From: a virus
Direction: 5' to 3' (one strand)
Length of the DNA: 23,004 bases
IMG/VR virus record: IMGVR_UViG_3300035561_000103
Span: 1 to 23,004 of that record
The position numbers and the translations under genes are program-made. The notes beneath the pieces were generated by a model. The model saw only the letters and a list, made by a program, of their open reading frames with translations. It made no database searches and had not been told where the DNA came from. Each line of letters starts with the position of its first letter. Within the stretch, counting starts at the first letter, position 1. Of this stretch, positions 1 through 6,891 are shown piece by piece.

Positions 1-264
1 TCACTCATTTTCGATCACCTTTTTCCAACATGGATTGTTACTTGATGGAGGGAACACATTACAAAATTCAAGAACGGTTATCCCCCCGTCTAGTTCAGAA
101 CAATACACGTGCCCCGATTCAGAGTCAATGGTTGCTCTGTACCATGTACCACCATCAGATGTCCGTACCTTTCCCTCTGAGTGGCTGGCTCTGGTTCCCA
201 GGACGGTGACCCCATCAGATAATCGGAGCCACAACAATGCAGTATTCAAATCAATCAGATTCAT
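1..264 (-). CDS. Hypothetical protein (87 aa)
   Basis: ATG with GAGGTG RBS; overlaps the upstream ORF; stop at 1-3; last visible gene of the leftward operon. Confidence 0.7.
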   Translation of the reverse strand: MNLIDLNTALLWLRLSDGVTVLGTRASHSEGKVRTSDGGTWYRATIDSESGHVYCSELDGGITVLEFCNVFPPSSNNPCWKKVIENE

Positions 265-523
265 CCACCTTCACCTCAATTGGCAACGTGTCTAGTCCTA
301 TGCAATACCCAGTCAGGAACTTGTAGAGCATCCAGACATCGGGTCCATAGATACCGAGAGTATCCAACGATAGGATAGGCCCGAATCCTCCAAGCGCCCC
401 CATAGGATCGATATTCTCAACGTGCTGGTATATGCTCATCACCACAGTGAGCGCCCCTGGATTACCATCTGACATCTTCATAGCCATCGACATCAGATTA
501 TCATTTAGTTCAAGTCGTGTCAT
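251..523 (-). CDS. Conserved phage hypothetical protein (MSDGNPGALTV...LDTLGIYG type)
   Basis: 90-aa ORF in operon. The GNPGA and LDTLGIYG motifs resemble a recurring phage family (recalled, not searched). Confidence 0.75.
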   Translation of the reverse strand: MTRLELNDNLMSMAMKMSDGNPGALTVVMSIYQHVENIDPMGALGGFGPILSLDTLGIYGPDVWMLYKFLTGYCIGLDTLPIEVKVDESD

Positions 524-524
524 T

Positions 525-638
525 TCAAATCGCTCCTATAGCCCTCAAAATCGAGTTCTGTCTTGCGGCCCTTCTCACAGACCGTTCGGCGGCTTTTTCG
601 CGCCTAGAACGTGCTCTGTGCATCTTCCCGGCACCCAT
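525..638 (-). CDS. Small basic protein (37 aa, MGAGKMHRARSRREK...)
   Basis: Translated by hand; ATG directly follows the upstream TGA and the stop lies 1 nt before the next ATG. Confidence 0.5.
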   Translation of the reverse strand: MGAGKMHRARSRREKAAERSVRRAARQNSILRAIGAI

Positions 639-803
639 TCAGGCCATCTCCTGACAGTCCACCACATGACCGGCTTTGCCAGCGTCTTTCCTCTCCTTTT
701 GGGCGATCAGGACCGCCATCCAGTCGGATGTGGCCTCTATGATCTCATCGACGCTGGTGCCGTGGGCATCGATCTCGAAAGTGACTCTATATTTTTGACT
801 CAT
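639..803 (-). CDS. Small hypothetical protein (54 aa, MSQKYRVTFEIDAHG...)
   Basis: Translated by hand; ATGA overlap with 800..1027; fills the operon gap exactly. Confidence 0.65.
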   Translation of the reverse strand: MSQKYRVTFEIDAHGTSVDEIIEATSDWMAVLIAQKERKDAGKAGHVVDCQEMA

Positions 804-1027
804 CGGCTTTCCTCCTCATCATCGTCGTCAATCCTGGTTGCCTCGATGTTGTTGACCTCGCCGTAGAAGACGTTGCCCTGTACGATGTGCTCAACGCCTT
901 CCCATTGCTCTATATCGTCAATGGTGACGACATCAAGCGCATTTTCGAATGCCTCTTTTTCGTCGGCACCGCTCACGTTCACAAGAGCATGCCCGACGAT
1001 AGGAACCGTCACTTCCCATTCTGGCAT
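800..1027 (-). CDS. Small acidic phage protein (DpnD/PcfM-like pattern)
   Basis: GGAGGAG RBS; VNVSGADEKEAFENA pattern; acidic tail. Confidence 0.7.
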   Translation of the reverse strand: MPEWEVTVPIVGHALVNVSGADEKEAFENALDVVTIDDIEQWEGVEHIVQGNVFYGEVNNIEATRIDDDDEEESR

Positions 1028-1028
1028 T

Positions 1029-1187
1029 TCAGCTCTCCTCCGAAAGTTCCGTATTGATCGTCACTCTCACAGAGTCGCCTTTCGCGACTCTCAGAACGTC
1101 TCTAACCTCGTCGGGAATTTCGACAGCATATTTTTTGCCGCCCTGACCTATCCCGATCACGGTTGCTAAGTACGATTCTTTTGGCAT
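1029..1187 (-). CDS. AbrB/MazE/SpoVT-type DNA-binding protein (52 aa)
   Basis: Hand translation MPKESYLATVIGIGQGGKKYAVEIPDEVRDVLRVAKGDSVRVTINTELSEES shows the swapped-hairpin signature (IPxEVRxxLxxxxGDxVxV); GAGGT RBS; first gene of the leftward operon. Confidence 0.8.
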   Translation of the reverse strand: MPKESYLATVIGIGQGGKKYAVEIPDEVRDVLRVAKGDSVRVTINTELSEES

Positions 1188-1204
1188 TTGACTACCTCAG
1201 CAAC

Positions 1205-1290
1205 TTATTAGTTCGGCTTAGTATTAATAGTTTGTGCTTAATTCGATGAACCAAAAGGTATATAAGCCATTAGTTCCACTAATTAATCTG
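1205..1290. promoter_or_regulatory. Divergent promoter region with BRE/TATA (AAAAGGTATATAAG) and ATTAGTTC repeats
   Basis: AT-rich gap between divergent operons; TATA at about 1259-1266; ATTAGTTC at 1207 and 1269 and a degenerate CTTAATTC at 1237. Confidence 0.7.
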
Positions 1291-1302
1291 AGGTGCATTA
1301 AG

Positions 1303-1581
1303 ATGAGCATCCGAAGCGAAGAGGAAGTCAAGGCGATATACGCCGCGCATCCAAATATGCGCACTGAAGAGGAGATAGAAGCGTTCTTGAAGGATCTTCC
1401 TCTCACTGAGTTCCAGCGCCGTTGCGGTCAATTGACTGGAGCTGAAATGGAGGTTGCTGAGTGGATCTGGGGAGGCAGAGTTCATCATGCCTACTGGAAT
1501 CAAGGCGAAATGGCTACCATCGCAGAGGAGACTCGCCACAACTACATTCGAGAGGGCATCGGATTAAGGGCGATCAAATAA
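1303..1581 (+). CDS. Hypothetical protein (92 aa)
   Basis: ATG 1303 with GAGGTG RBS; start corrected from the ORF track (1234). Confidence 0.75.
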   Translation: MSIRSEEEVKAIYAAHPNMRTEEEIEAFLKDLPLTEFQRRCGQLTGAEMEVAEWIWGGRVHHAYWNQGEMATIAEETRHNYIREGIGLRAIK

Positions 1582-1593
1582 GGAGGATTGAAG

Positions 1594-1896
1594 ATGGAGA
1601 TCGAAGGAAACACGGTCAAGCTCCGGAGCCGATGGGAGCACTACCGGCACGAACTCAGCGGTGATAAGCCGTATACGGTTCGCCGGATCAAAGACGAAAA
1701 AGAACAGGCCGCGTTCGCGGCATTCTACCATCGATGGCAATCTGGCGATCCCGTAAGGGTCAGGATATCGTGTGTAGAGCTTACGCCAGAAGGGGTTCCG
1801 GCGGCTTTTGGCCGCGACGTGTCTCATATCCTTTTCATGGGATATGATGTCCTGGCGGGACAGGAATATATCATCGCCTGGAGGCATCCAGAATGA
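1594..1896 (+). CDS. Possible ASCH/PUA-like (DUF3850-like) protein
   Basis: KLRSRWEHYRHELSGDKPYTVRR resembles the ASCH N-terminal LKxxxxYxxxxxxGxKxxxxR motif; AGGAGG RBS. Confidence 0.5.
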   Translation: MEIEGNTVKLRSRWEHYRHELSGDKPYTVRRIKDEKEQAAFAAFYHRWQSGDPVRVRISCVELTPEGVPAAFGRDVSHILFMGYDVLAGQEYIIAWRHPE

Positions 1897-2216
1897 CTGA
1901 TGATATTGAACTGGTGGCTCGTATTTTCGATGTGTTGCCGGAAGAGGTCGAAGATGCTATTGAAGGAGTCGCCAATATACATCGAGCTCCACTAGAGTAT
2001 TATGTTATAGGCGTGCGGTATGCAGGACCACCAGCTAGGTGCGTTGCCGGATGGGATCTCCGGAGGACTCTGGAAGAGCTAGGAAAGCTCTATGATCTTG
2101 GCTGCTATGAACTAGATGGGAATGCGGCCATACGATTTTCCAAACCCGAAGGATGTTGGTCGTCTCTTGGAGGCTGCGAACTCCATAAGAGGATCATGGC
2201 AGGTGAGATAAAATGA
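1893..2216 (+). CDS. Hypothetical protein (107 aa)
   Basis: ATGA overlaps on both sides. Confidence 0.75.
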   Translation: MTDDIELVARIFDVLPEEVEDAIEGVANIHRAPLEYYVIGVRYAGPPARCVAGWDLRRTLEELGKLYDLGCYELDGNAAIRFSKPEGCWSSLGGCELHKRIMAGEIK

Positions 2217-2467
2217 TCATAGTTTTATACAAAACCCCGGATTGCCCCAGATGTCGTCTTGTGGCGGCTCACCTGGAACGGCTACGGATCGACTTCGATA
2301 CCCGCGACATGAGCCAGGCCGAAGTGCTGGCTGATCTCCGATGCGAAGGAGTCTTCACGCTGGCGGCTCCGGTCCTCCAGGTAGAGGGTCACTATTTCAC
2401 CGAGGATCTCCTCTTCCAGGATGGGAAGATGCAGACGGCGTTCATCGAGGAGGCCGTAAAACACTGA
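2213..2467 (+). CDS. NrdH/glutaredoxin-like thiol redoxin, copy 1
   Basis: YKTPDCPRC CxxC motif, cis-Pro APVL motif, 84 aa. Confidence 0.9.
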   Translation: MIIVLYKTPDCPRCRLVAAHLERLRIDFDTRDMSQAEVLADLRCEGVFTLAAPVLQVEGHYFTEDLLFQDGKMQTAFIEEAVKH

Positions 2468-2508
2468 GAGAAGATGACCCGCCCGGCGGTGACGTAGGAG
2501 GAAAGCTT

Positions 2509-2640
2509 GTGAGGAAGAGGGAGTCGAGCCCTCACGTTTCCGGGCGGGTAGAGTTTTCGGATCTGACGATTGGTTGGCAGAAGGCGATACCACGGCGTTC
2601 TATTGCCGGATGGATGAGACAGAGTAGTATCTTAGCGTGA
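2509..2640 (+). CDS. Possible small protein (43 aa)
   Basis: GTG preceded by GGAGGA; no recognisable motif; overlaps a predicted stem structure. Confidence 0.35.
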   Translation: MRKRESSPHVSGRVEFSDLTIGWQKAIPRRSIAGWMRQSSILA

Positions 2641-2668
2641 TGATATTTATACCTTTGGAGGCCAAAAA

Positions 2669-2776
2669 TTGAAGCGAAAATCGCTTGACGAGATCGACGA
2701 GGAGCTTGCGGAGATTGCCGCCAGATGGGATGAGCCGGATACTGGGGTTCAGTGGGGATGGAGGTCGGGAAAGTGA
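2669..2776 (+). CDS. Small acidic protein (35 aa, MKRKSLDEIDEELAEIAARW...)
   Basis: TTG with GGAGG RBS downstream of a TTTATA box; GTGA overlap with thyA. Confidence 0.55.
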   Translation: MKRKSLDEIDEELAEIAARWDEPDTGVQWGWRSGK

Positions 2777-3447
2777 ACTTCGAGCCAAACCAGTTCATCA
2801 AGGGCCGGACCATAGCAGAGGTCTGGCCAAAAGCTCTTCGGTGCATCGTCGCGACGGCTCACTGGAGGCAGCTTTGTGGCGAGCCCCATATCGTTACCGA
2901 TCAGAGAGGAGACGAGACTCACGAAGTCGAAGGGCTCCAGGTGGTCATCACCGATCCATTGAAGGGGATGATCCCGAAGCTCCCAAAAGCTCCAGGGGTT
3001 ACGGCATGGGGTTCCGGTTCGGTTCTGGACGAGTACTTCGAGACTGAGATCATAGGAGTGAGGCCGAAACCGGATGGGTTCGCCTACGTCTACGCCGACT
3101 GGATCAAGCCGATGATAGGCGGGATCATTACCACATTCCAGGCAGATCCGGAAACCCGGCGAGCCATCATTCAAGTCGGCGACGAATACGATCATCTGAA
3201 AGAAGCCCCCCCATGCCTTCGGTCGATCCAGTTCCTCATCCGAAACGGAAAGCTCGATATGATAACAACCTGGAGGTCTCGCGATTATGCCGGTGCCGCT
3301 GCAACCAACATGTACGGGCTCATCAGGCTCCAAGAGTACGTCGCGCGAAAGCTGGAAGTTCCAGTCGGTAGATACATCGACTTTAGCGGATCGGCTCATA
3401 TCAGAATTCGAGACGATCTGTGGTGGGTCGAGAAGGTGATCTCGTGA
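2773..3447 (+). CDS. thyA: Thymidylate synthase, archaeal (methanogen) type
   Basis: TDQRG, TRRA, PPC (catalytic Cys), RSRD...N and SAHI motifs; GTG start with GGAGG RBS. The Tyr209-equivalent is Arg. Confidence 0.92.
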   Translation: MNFEPNQFIKGRTIAEVWPKALRCIVATAHWRQLCGEPHIVTDQRGDETHEVEGLQVVITDPLKGMIPKLPKAPGVTAWGSGSVLDEYFETEIIGVRPKPDGFAYVYADWIKPMIGGIITTFQADPETRRAIIQVGDEYDHLKEAPPCLRSIQFLIRNGKLDMITTWRSRDYAGAAATNMYGLIRLQEYVARKLEVPVGRYIDFSGSAHIRIRDDLWWVEKVIS

Positions 3448-3548
3448 GGTCCACAATCGTGATGCTGTCTCTTTTAGCGCCGTGGGGGATAGCAATCGGG
3501 GGAACGATTTTAACGACTCTAATTATTCTAGTGGAGATAATTAAATGA
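3444..3548 (+). CDS. Small membrane protein (34 aa)
   Basis: GTGA overlap with the thyA stop; MRSTIVMLSLLAPWGIAIGGTILTTLIILVEIIK is strongly hydrophobic. Confidence 0.55.
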   Translation: MRSTIVMLSLLAPWGIAIGGTILTTLIILVEIIK

Positions 3549-3792
3549 AATGCGATCATCCGCCCATGATCGCCCCATCGTAACCGATCGTCCGGTCGGT
3601 CTAGGGGCGTGAGATGGCGCAGAATCGACTGCGAAAAACCGATATCCCGGGGCAAAATTGCCAGCCATGTGCTGAGTAAAAATGAGAAGCGAGGATAGGC
3701 AAAGGGCGCGACACCCTAACGATCTTCAACAAATCTAGCTTACCTCACTGTCTAGCGCCGGGATTGACGATTATACATGAAGAGAGATAAAA

Positions 3793-4011
3793 ATGAGTCA
3801 AGACGATGTGCTGGCGGCATTCGAGTCTCCAGACGAGGAGTTGACGTGGACTGAGATCATACAGCGGTGTGAAAAGACAGGATGCCACAAAAAGACCACC
3901 GGGCAGGCCATATCCGCCGCGAGAAAAACTGGAAAGATCCGAGTCTCCGGAGTGGAGAAGTCAGGAAGAAGAGGGAGGTCGGTTCTGAAGTATGCTCTGG
4001 TGATAGAATGA
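3793..4011 (+). CDS. Small winged-helix DNA-binding protein
   Basis: LTWTEII...TGQAISAARKTGKI...KYAL wHTH pattern. Confidence 0.65.
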   Translation: MSQDDVLAAFESPDEELTWTEIIQRCEKTGCHKKTTGQAISAARKTGKIRVSGVEKSGRRGRSVLKYALVIE

Positions 4012-4310
4012 TCGAGCCCTCATCTCATTTTTTGCACGGCATCGAAAAGGACGGCGTGACGCCAGAACAGAGGATGCTCATCCTCCAGCATCAGATCGGC
4101 GAGGCCGGGTATGCGATCATGAAGTCGCGACGGTTCCCGGATGACGGGGCCGGATATCTCGCCTTCGCGAAGCTTGGGATAGCTGATGCGATGGTTCAGC
4201 TCGAAATGCTCTGCCTGGATCTCGGATGGAACCCCGACGAGATCAAGAGGATGGGGCTCCAGCATACCTGGGAACGGTTTAGGGACTTCGAGGAGAAGGG
4301 ATGGAGATAG
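4008..4310 (+). CDS. MazG-like all-alpha NTP pyrophosphatase fold, degenerate acidic motifs
   Basis: ATGA overlap; ILQHQIGE and KLGIADAMVQLEMLCLDLGW match KLxEExGE and EELAD...LG, but several Glu are missing. Confidence 0.6.
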   Translation: MIEPSSHFLHGIEKDGVTPEQRMLILQHQIGEAGYAIMKSRRFPDDGAGYLAFAKLGIADAMVQLEMLCLDLGWNPDEIKRMGLQHTWERFRDFEEKGWR

Positions 4311-4976
4311 TCATCCCTCGCACACTTTTCTGTAATCACACCATTTACACAAAACGTTTTTATTTTTATGAAAATCCTGCGATTTTATCCCGTCAATAGC
4401 GAGATTAATTGCATTATTGCAGGTAGCCTCGAATACTTCAGATCCGAACTCAAATCCTTTGGTCGCTGGGGTCCATAGTGCCTGGTTCCCCAAAAACGCA
4501 AAATAGCATTTATGGATCGGAGCGACTAGGTTTTGATCGCATAGGCATTTGTATATATGTGACTGAATGCAATAATCAAGTTCTCCATAATAGCCACCTT
4601 CTTTCCAGTTTCGTTTCAAGCTTCCGGTTTTCCAGTCGAGCAGAACGCTTTGAGACGGCCAAACTCGATCTATGATCCCGATGAAACGCTGCCCGGAAAC
4701 ATTCCCGAATAGCTTAAGCTCATTTTTGTGACCCGAAAAAATGTCATGTTGGTCGTTTAACTTCAGTAAAATCGACATCGCATTTGATAGCAATACTGAA
4801 TCTTCTGAATTATCCGATGTGTAGGTGTCGGTTTCAAGTTTTTCGTGGATTCGAATGCCTCTCTCCAGATATGGGGATACAACATCGACTTTTATCTTAT
4901 CGATATACTGTAGCTTATATTTATATCCACAAGATAAAAAGGTGTTTATTTGGCTTGCACTGTAAACTTTTGGCAT
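4311..4976 (-). CDS. Cas4/RecB-like PD-(D/E)XK nuclease with Fe-S staple cysteines
   Basis: SASQINTFLSC, RGIRIH, GIIDR, LLDWKTG, QSHIY and C-terminal CKWCDYRKVC; GGTGA RBS. Confidence 0.88.
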   Translation of the reverse strand: MPKVYSASQINTFLSCGYKYKLQYIDKIKVDVVSPYLERGIRIHEKLETDTYTSDNSEDSVLLSNAMSILLKLNDQHDIFSGHKNELKLFGNVSGQRFIGIIDRVWPSQSVLLDWKTGSLKRNWKEGGYYGELDYCIQSHIYKCLCDQNLVAPIHKCYFAFLGNQALWTPATKGFEFGSEVFEATCNNAINLAIDGIKSQDFHKNKNVLCKWCDYRKVCEG

Positions 4977-4980
4977 GTTA

Positions 4981-5055
4981 TCACCACTTTCTCTTAGGTT
5001 CTGGCACGGGAACTTTCCGAGGGATCATCTTCTTACCACAAGCACAATTTGGCAT
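4981..5055 (-). CDS. Possible 24-aa peptide MPNCACGKKMIPRKVPVPEPKRKW
   Basis: GGGAGA RBS; stop 4 nt before the nuclease ATG; very short. Confidence 0.35.
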   Translation of the reverse strand: MPNCACGKKMIPRKVPVPEPKRKW

Positions 5056-5170
5056 AGAATCTCCCAAACGTAGATCTTCGCGCCGGGTCAACAGATAATA
5101 CGTATCACATGAACTGCACCAATACACGTTAATACGTTATTTTATGTGTTGAGGGTGTGGAGTTGGTGAA

Positions 5171-5473
5171 ATGCCGTGCGGGCTTACGGATGAAGAGTTA
5201 TTTATATTGAATGTCTTATATCAGGACCATAGCTATAAAAGCACAAGTAGCTATAACTTAGGACAAATTGCCAAAGCATTTAAGAAAAAATTCAATATAG
5301 ATCCCAAGGACGTTGCTAAAAACCTGGTGAATAAAGGGTATTTGGCAGAGGTACGAAAAAAAGACATAAAATATTACATTTCTAATATGGAAGCAACGTG
5401 TTTTGCTTTAAACCAACACGGATATAATGCCACTGAAGGACGAATTATGCGGAGACCCTATTATCCCTTGTAA
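5171..5473 (+). CDS. Winged-helix-like protein (100 aa)
   Basis: GGTGA RBS; LTDEELFILNVLY...VAKNLVNKGYL...YYI pattern. Confidence 0.7.
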   Translation: MPCGLTDEELFILNVLYQDHSYKSTSSYNLGQIAKAFKKKFNIDPKDVAKNLVNKGYLAEVRKKDIKYYISNMEATCFALNQHGYNATEGRIMRRPYYPL

Positions 5474-5493
5474 ACTTCATTTAACATGCATGT

Positions 5494-5524
5494 CAAAATG
5501 GATATATACAACCTGGACGTTGTA
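5494..5524 (+). promoter_or_regulatory. BRE/TATA followed by palindrome TACAAC-N6-GTTGTA
   Basis: CAAAATGGATATATA then an inverted repeat at 5507-5524; ACATGCATGT palindrome at 5484-5493. Confidence 0.55.
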
Positions 5525-5541
5525 CTTAATGGTGATTGCAG

Positions 5542-5925
5542 ATGGCCAGACCTTTTGAGGGCTTGTTTGGGGATACTAGCGAGTTGAGGCTTATTCAGTT
5601 TTTTTTGCCACTAAGAGGGCTGGAATTCAATATAAGTGAGCTTGCGAAGGAGTCCCGCGTGTCGCGGCAAACGATGAGCAGAGTAGTAAAAAAGCTCGTT
5701 GGGTGGGGCGTATTGAAGGTAGCAAGCAAACAAGGTAGGATAAATTATTACGCTCTAAATGAGGACACTGGATTTTTAGAGGCATTAGAGAACTTGAACA
5801 ACTGTATCATAGAGCAGATGCTTGGGGATGAAATGCTAACTCGGATAGCGAATTATTCGTTAGAACATACCCCTGAGGATTTCGAAAAACCTCCTGCCGA
5901 GCGACCTCGTTTAAATATCCTTTAA
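5542..5925 (+). CDS. ArsR/TrmB-like wHTH transcriptional regulator
   Basis: LFGDTSELRLIQFF...FNISELAKESRVSRQT...KKLVGWGVL...YYALN, a typical archaeal wHTH; ATG 5542 after GGTGA. Confidence 0.85.
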   Translation: MARPFEGLFGDTSELRLIQFFLPLRGLEFNISELAKESRVSRQTMSRVVKKLVGWGVLKVASKQGRINYYALNEDTGFLEALENLNNCIIEQMLGDEMLTRIANYSLEHTPEDFEKPPAERPRLNIL

Positions 5926-6111
5926 ATAGGGGTAACCCAAATTTTGGGATTTAGATGGGTTTTTCGAAGTCCTCTACTCTTTTAATGATCCAAAGCTCGC
6001 CCTGGTATCTCGCCTCCAGGAGATCATCGACTTCCGGCGCGATCTTTTGCGTCATGGCGCGATAATTGTGGCGAGAAACATGCGTTGCCACACATTCCTT
6101 TTGTGCCGTTA

Positions 6112-6137
6112 TCTTTATAAGCAATACGCGCATTGCT
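6112..6137 (+). promoter_or_regulatory. TATA (TTTATAA) with palindromic operator AGCAAT-N6-ATTGCT
   Basis: Inverted repeat at 6120-6137 between the TATA box and ATG 6145 (leaderless arrangement). Confidence 0.65.
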
Positions 6138-6144
6138 ATCTAGC

Positions 6145-6282
6145 ATGGAGACAACTATGATCCGAGTCCGGATTAAAGATAAGGACCGGCTGGCAAAGTT
6201 CGGAGATGCAAGCGATACCATCGGCGACTGTCTTGAAAGGGTGCTGGATCTCGCCGAAGCGATGAGGGACGGGGGCGCGTGA
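6145..6282 (+). CDS. Ribbon-helix-helix-like small regulator (45 aa)
   Basis: Hand translation METTMIRVRIKDKDRLAKFGDASDTIGDCLERVLDLAE matches the archaeal TTIRVxxxxKxRL...TxxDxIxRLLD pattern. Confidence 0.75.
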   Translation: METTMIRVRIKDKDRLAKFGDASDTIGDCLERVLDLAEAMRDGGA

Positions 6283-6297
6283 GGGAGGCAACGCCGT

Positions 6298-6891
6298 ATG
6301 GCAAAGGTAGATGAGGAGAAGGTGAAATCCTTCCTTTCGCAGTGGATTCAAGGCAGGATATTTTGGGAGAAAAAGAACAACTTCGGCTATCCGGTCTTTC
6401 AATGTGATACGTCGGAAAGGCCCGATATGCTGATCATAAACAACGGGTATCCCATAGCGGTCGAAGTTAAACACGCCAAAAGCACCGGAAACGTCTTGGA
6501 TGGCGTCGCCCAGACCCTTCGATATGCGAGGGACGGGCTCAAGTTCTATGTGGATCACCGCGAAATCCAGCCCGCCTGTTATGTACTGGCTACTCAAGAC
6601 AGCATCCGGGGATGCTTATTCGACTTCGAGAAGAAGACGATCCCCCCATCGGACGGGCGCGACTATGCCGCCAGGATGGGCGAGATTCCAAACACCGAAT
6701 ACAGGTACACCTTCCAGGCCCTCCGCTCCCTCTGGCGATTCGCCGAGTTTGAAAGGGATGTTCATGGCTGGAAATGGAACGTCGGGGTAGGGTTCTTATT
6801 ATCTACGGCTTTGAATAATCCCGAGGGACCGGTCTTTTCTCCGTTGATTCAGGCCAAAATCGATAAGCAGCAGTTTATTAAGGTGATCTGA
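6298..6891 (+). CDS. PD-(D/E)XK restriction-endonuclease-like nuclease
   Basis: RPDML...AVEVK...AQTLRY (motifs II, III and IV); TGATG-coupled to the primase-helicase. Confidence 0.8.
   Translation: MAKVDEEKVKSFLSQWIQGRIFWEKKNNFGYPVFQCDTSERPDMLIINNGYPIAVEVKHAKSTGNVLDGVAQTLRYARDGLKFYVDHREIQPACYVLATQDSIRGCLFDFEKKTIPPSDGRDYAARMGEIPNTEYRYTFQALRSLWRFAEFERDVHGWKWNVGVGFLLSTALNNPEGPVFSPLIQAKIDKQQFIKVI

Noticed and set aside
2749-3495. 248-aa minus-strand ORF
   Set aside because: Antisense shadow of thyA; no motifs or RBS.
2517-3717. tRNA genes suggested by T-arm-like hairpins
   Set aside because: No acceptor, D or anticodon arms could be built around them; kept only as a hairpin motif finding.
4311-5170. 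CRISPR mini-array or adaptation module near the Cas4-like gene
   Set aside because: No repeat-spacer array and no cas1/cas2 seen.
5951-6133. 60-aa minus-strand ORF
   Set aside because: It overlaps the promoter and operator of the RHH gene. A 34-aa core (5951..6055) is possible but has no supporting motif.
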